A stretch of DNA of 61,688 nt, counting the filler, from Basidiobolus meristosporus CBS 931.73 (lineage: Eukaryota > Fungi > Basidiobolomycota): the NCBI GenBank assembly GCA_002104905.1. It is 4 parts of 4 records of this genome, joined end to end, with 100 filler letters (N's around TTAATTAATTAA, not from the genome) between each part and the next. Parts side by side here need not be neighbours in the genome. Positions count along the whole stretch, not along the records: positions 49,339 to 61,688 come from MCFE01001244.1; 3 more parts are not named here. One strand, 5' to 3'. The position numbers and the translations under genes were made by a program. Each line of letters starts with the position of its first letter. Positions within the stretch are counted from its first letter, which is position 1. Positions 58,855-61,688 of this stretch are shown piece by piece. Under the pieces are notes generated by a model that was not told where the DNA came from, searched no databases, and was given only the letters and a program-made list of their open reading frames with translations.

Positions 58855-59390
58855 AAACACCCAAGTGGCGTGAAGAAGCTGGATTAACAATGGCAGGTGT
58901 CCACTGTGCAACACATAACAACTATGTAGAAAGGTTGATACACTGTGTCACCTACCTATGAATCAAAGTATTCAAAAATGTTGACAAGCACCTTCCCCCT
59001 CCACCCAAAAATGAGAAACTAACAGGACAAAAGTGGAAGCCAGGCAATAAAGTGTGGTACAATCAAACTGTTGCAGGCCTCAAGTTTTGCCCACAACCTA
59101 CACCCCAATGGATTGGCCCTGGCACTATTGTTAGTCTGGACCACAGGCCAAAGTACACCATCACCCTGAACAATAAGACAATAAGCAATGTAGTGCCTGC
59201 CCATCTGAAACTGTTTCATGATGATCCACTGATCATCACTGAAACCAAAGTGTGATTAAACAATTATCAGGACAAGGATAGAGGAAGACACAGTATACAT
59301 ACAAAGTTTATTAGAGGAGATTTTAGTCAATATAGGTACAAGTGATATGTGCAAGGAAGTTTGCCCAAAGGGGAGTACTAAAGAATGCAT

Positions 59391-60554
59391 ATGGAAAGCA
59401 CCAAAGGAAACATTTCACCCAAAACTGGCAATACTCCTTCTACCAGCAAGAACCAAGATGATATTGAAAACAAGACCAACCTGCAAGTGTTGAAAGATAT
59501 GGAACAAGCATTATGTGAAACAAGAGCCACCTATGAAGAGCCATTTGCCTGAGCAGTCATGTTGATACAAGACACAATCAGAGATGGACAAGACAAGTTA
59601 CCCACACTGATACAAAGCATGGAGATACTACCCAAGAAAACCATGTACCACCTAAGAGGAGGTTCCTTGATCATTAAGCAGAAGGACACCACACTGATTC
59701 CAGCATCCATACTGGACACAGTCAGACAGAGGACACAAGGAATCAACTGTTGCGCCCTCACAAGAACTCAAGAGCCCCCCTGTTTTGTTGCACACTTGTC
59801 ATTAATAGGTACCACAATTATTGAGGTATACCCAGACCTGATACAAGCAGCAAGAGCACCAGAAGGAGAACTCCCAATCAAAGGACTCCTTCAAGAAATT
59901 TGCAAACATCTCAAACTGCATTCCCAAGAAGGAACTATCTTGGAAAAGATATGCAAACAGACTAAATACACCAACTAGTTAACCCATGCACTCCACCAAG
60001 TTGCTGTGTTACCACTATTACAGTGGTTTACCATAGGACAACTCAGGAACCAGTACAAAGTCCAACTCCAAGAAGCCAAAGAAACCGCCGCAGACTCTGT
60101 AGAAACCATGAGGCAAGTACAAAAGTGCCTCAATTGCACCACAGTTTCTACAGAAGAACTACAATACCTCTTGGAAGAAGCAAAAACTTGCTATCAGCAA
60201 CAGGTGACTGCTGACCAAGTGTACACCCTCTTGAAAAGGTCCCCCACCATTGTATTGAACACAAAAAGGACAAGCCCCAACAACATTTGCAAGATAAAGA
60301 ACCAAGACTTTATTGCGCTATTTCACCTTTTCTTGTTCTCTGACCCTCCCAAGGAACTTACCCAGAACCTTATAGTTTGCCAACTATTTGGCTCTGTGGA
60401 AAACATCCCTCAAGCAACGCAAGCTGCACCTCACTCTGCCACCAAATGGTATCAGGTATTTGCCTGCAACCCCCTTGCAAGTGACAACCAACAATGGTAC
60501 TATGGTGACTCCCCATGCTCCGTGAACAAAATTGACCCTGGAGAAGCAAGTTAG
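59391..60554 (+). pseudogene. Extra ORF between integrase and the 3' LTR, 387 codons, two premature stops
   Basis: ATG 59391, TGA 59550, TAG 59976 and final stop 60554 are all in one frame. No recognisable domain. Confidence 0.6.
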
Positions 60555-60598
60555 TCAAAGAACTTCAAGAACAAAGCTCCCTCTTAAACCCTGGGATA

Positions 60599-60955
60599 TA
60601 TGAGTACTAAATGCAGTACCCACTCTTTGCCCAAGAGTTCTCCCCAGAGTCCTACCTAAGGTCCCCCAGTATCCTCCCTATGATTCCCCCACACACCCTC
60701 CCCCTATCCCTGACCTTGTCTAGTTTGAACACTACCATAACAGGAAGATGCTCACACCCCTATTTTATAACACATTGTTTATTATCTAAGCCCCCCCCCA
60801 AGTGATATATATATCTACCCAATTGAACCAAGTGAGAGAAGGGGATTTGGCCGGAATAAACACAAGTCTTTATTACCTTGCTACCTTCTATTAAAAGCTA
60901 TTCTGAACCAAGTGGTACTGACTTGACCTACAAGTTCTCCCACTCACCAAGTTCA
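60599..60955 (+). repeat. 3' LTR-like direct repeat (termini mutated to TAT...TCA)
   Basis: Aligns with 49516-49872. Confidence 0.85.
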
Positions 60956-61393
60956 GCAAAAGGAAAGGACATGCACCAGACCAATGCCTCACAACAAGAT
61001 AATCAGCAAAAGAAGTCTGAGTCATGAAATGCTGCAACAACTGAAGCTAGACTACTCACAACTACACTAATTATTACCACAAACAAGGATTTCTAAAAGG
61101 GGCATACTGACTTTTGAGCATCTCAGTACTTTATATACCAAAAAAAACTTTTACTGATTATCAAAATATTTGAATCTAGAAGGCTTGCAAGGGTGACCAT
61201 AGAAGATTTGATTCAGTTGCAGAGGGAACCAACAAGTAAGCTTCAAATGCAGTGAAGGAAGCTGCATATCTACCTTCAAAGTAGTACTATATATACTAGT
61301 AATAGCTAGGAATCTATTACATGTAAGCAAGGCCACAGTACCCAATGAAAAATAATTGTGATAATCCTGTCAATAGGCTGTCACAAAAGTAAA

Positions 61394-61688
61394 GTCCCAT
61401 GACTAAGAGGTGTTGATCTCATCTGGACACTTTACAAAGACTGTTGAAAAATGTTACACTACAGATTTCACAAAAAACTAAGCCAAAATTTTCATCACAA
61501 TGATACACCCTATGGAAAATTATTGTGATGTTTGCATCAAAAGGCTGTCAAATATTCTAAGTCCCATGACTAAGAGGTATTGATTTCATCAGGACACTGT
61601 GCAAAGACTGTCAAAAAATAATTGCACCCCAGTTATCATAAAAAACTTGGTCAAAATTTTCATCACAACAATATAAAAGTGGCTTTTG
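61394..61688. repeat. 167-bp tandem repeat (two units visible); related single copy at about 43230-43330
   Basis: gtcccatgactaagaggt starts at 61394 and again at 61561. atcccatgaccaggaggtattgatgccatcagg occurs at about 43230. Confidence 0.75.

Larger units (their letters stand above)
49516..60955 (+). mobile_element. Decayed Ty3/Gypsy element with nested insertions and an extra 3' ORF
   Basis: 357-bp direct repeats at 49516-49872 and 60599-60955. Gag EWFNKFE...GWDD...MEGSAW and CYVCGEVGHQAHKC; protease LINTGS; RT FCIDY...LDLLSRYWQV...PFGLCNAPAMFQ and YLDN; RNase H NCDGS; integrase ...YHPQTNG; WIGPGTI. Confidence 0.92.

Noticed and set aside
59391-60554. Calling the extra ORF an envelope gene
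   Set aside because: No signal peptide, furin site or transmembrane anchor is visible.

Overview
Eukaryotic, probably fungal, repeat-rich DNA: TTAGGG telomere, intronless nitrate reductase, and a retroelement PBS matching a fungal-type tRNA-His. The organism cannot be named from sequence alone. The window is four contigs joined by identical 100-bp artificial linkers (44 N + TTAATTAATTAA + 44 N), so adjacency across 12168-12267, 30860-30959 and 49239-49338 is unproven. Contig 1 (1-12167): an intact assimilatory nitrate reductase, a decayed LINE-type RT, and a Ty3/Gypsy pol cut just upstream of the protease active site and capped by about 49 TTAGGG repeats. Contig 2 (12268-30859): a birth-and-death cluster of small, mostly secreted proteins around a tRNA-Leu(CAG). 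It holds three tandem genes for a 40-aa cationic six-cysteine peptide with beta-defensin-like spacing, two secreted families sharing a C-x6-C-Y-Q motif (3 copies each, several pseudogenised), and a duplicated small unknown protein with mostly synonymous divergence. Contig 3 (30960-49238): two copies of a prepro-protein whose ancestral frame ends in a Gly/Tyr/Arg/Trp-rich peptide, then decayed DNA transposons, a fold-back MITE and a 5.4-kb satellite of 62-bp units. Contig 4 (49339-61688): a decayed Gypsy element with an extra 3' ORF and three nested insertions: a solo LTR, a two-gene PIF/Harbinger-like transposon and its MITE, each with a resolved TSD. The best candidate for an undescribed system is the set of putative antimicrobial/effector peptide genes. 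All similarity statements come from motif recognition by eye; no database searches were run.
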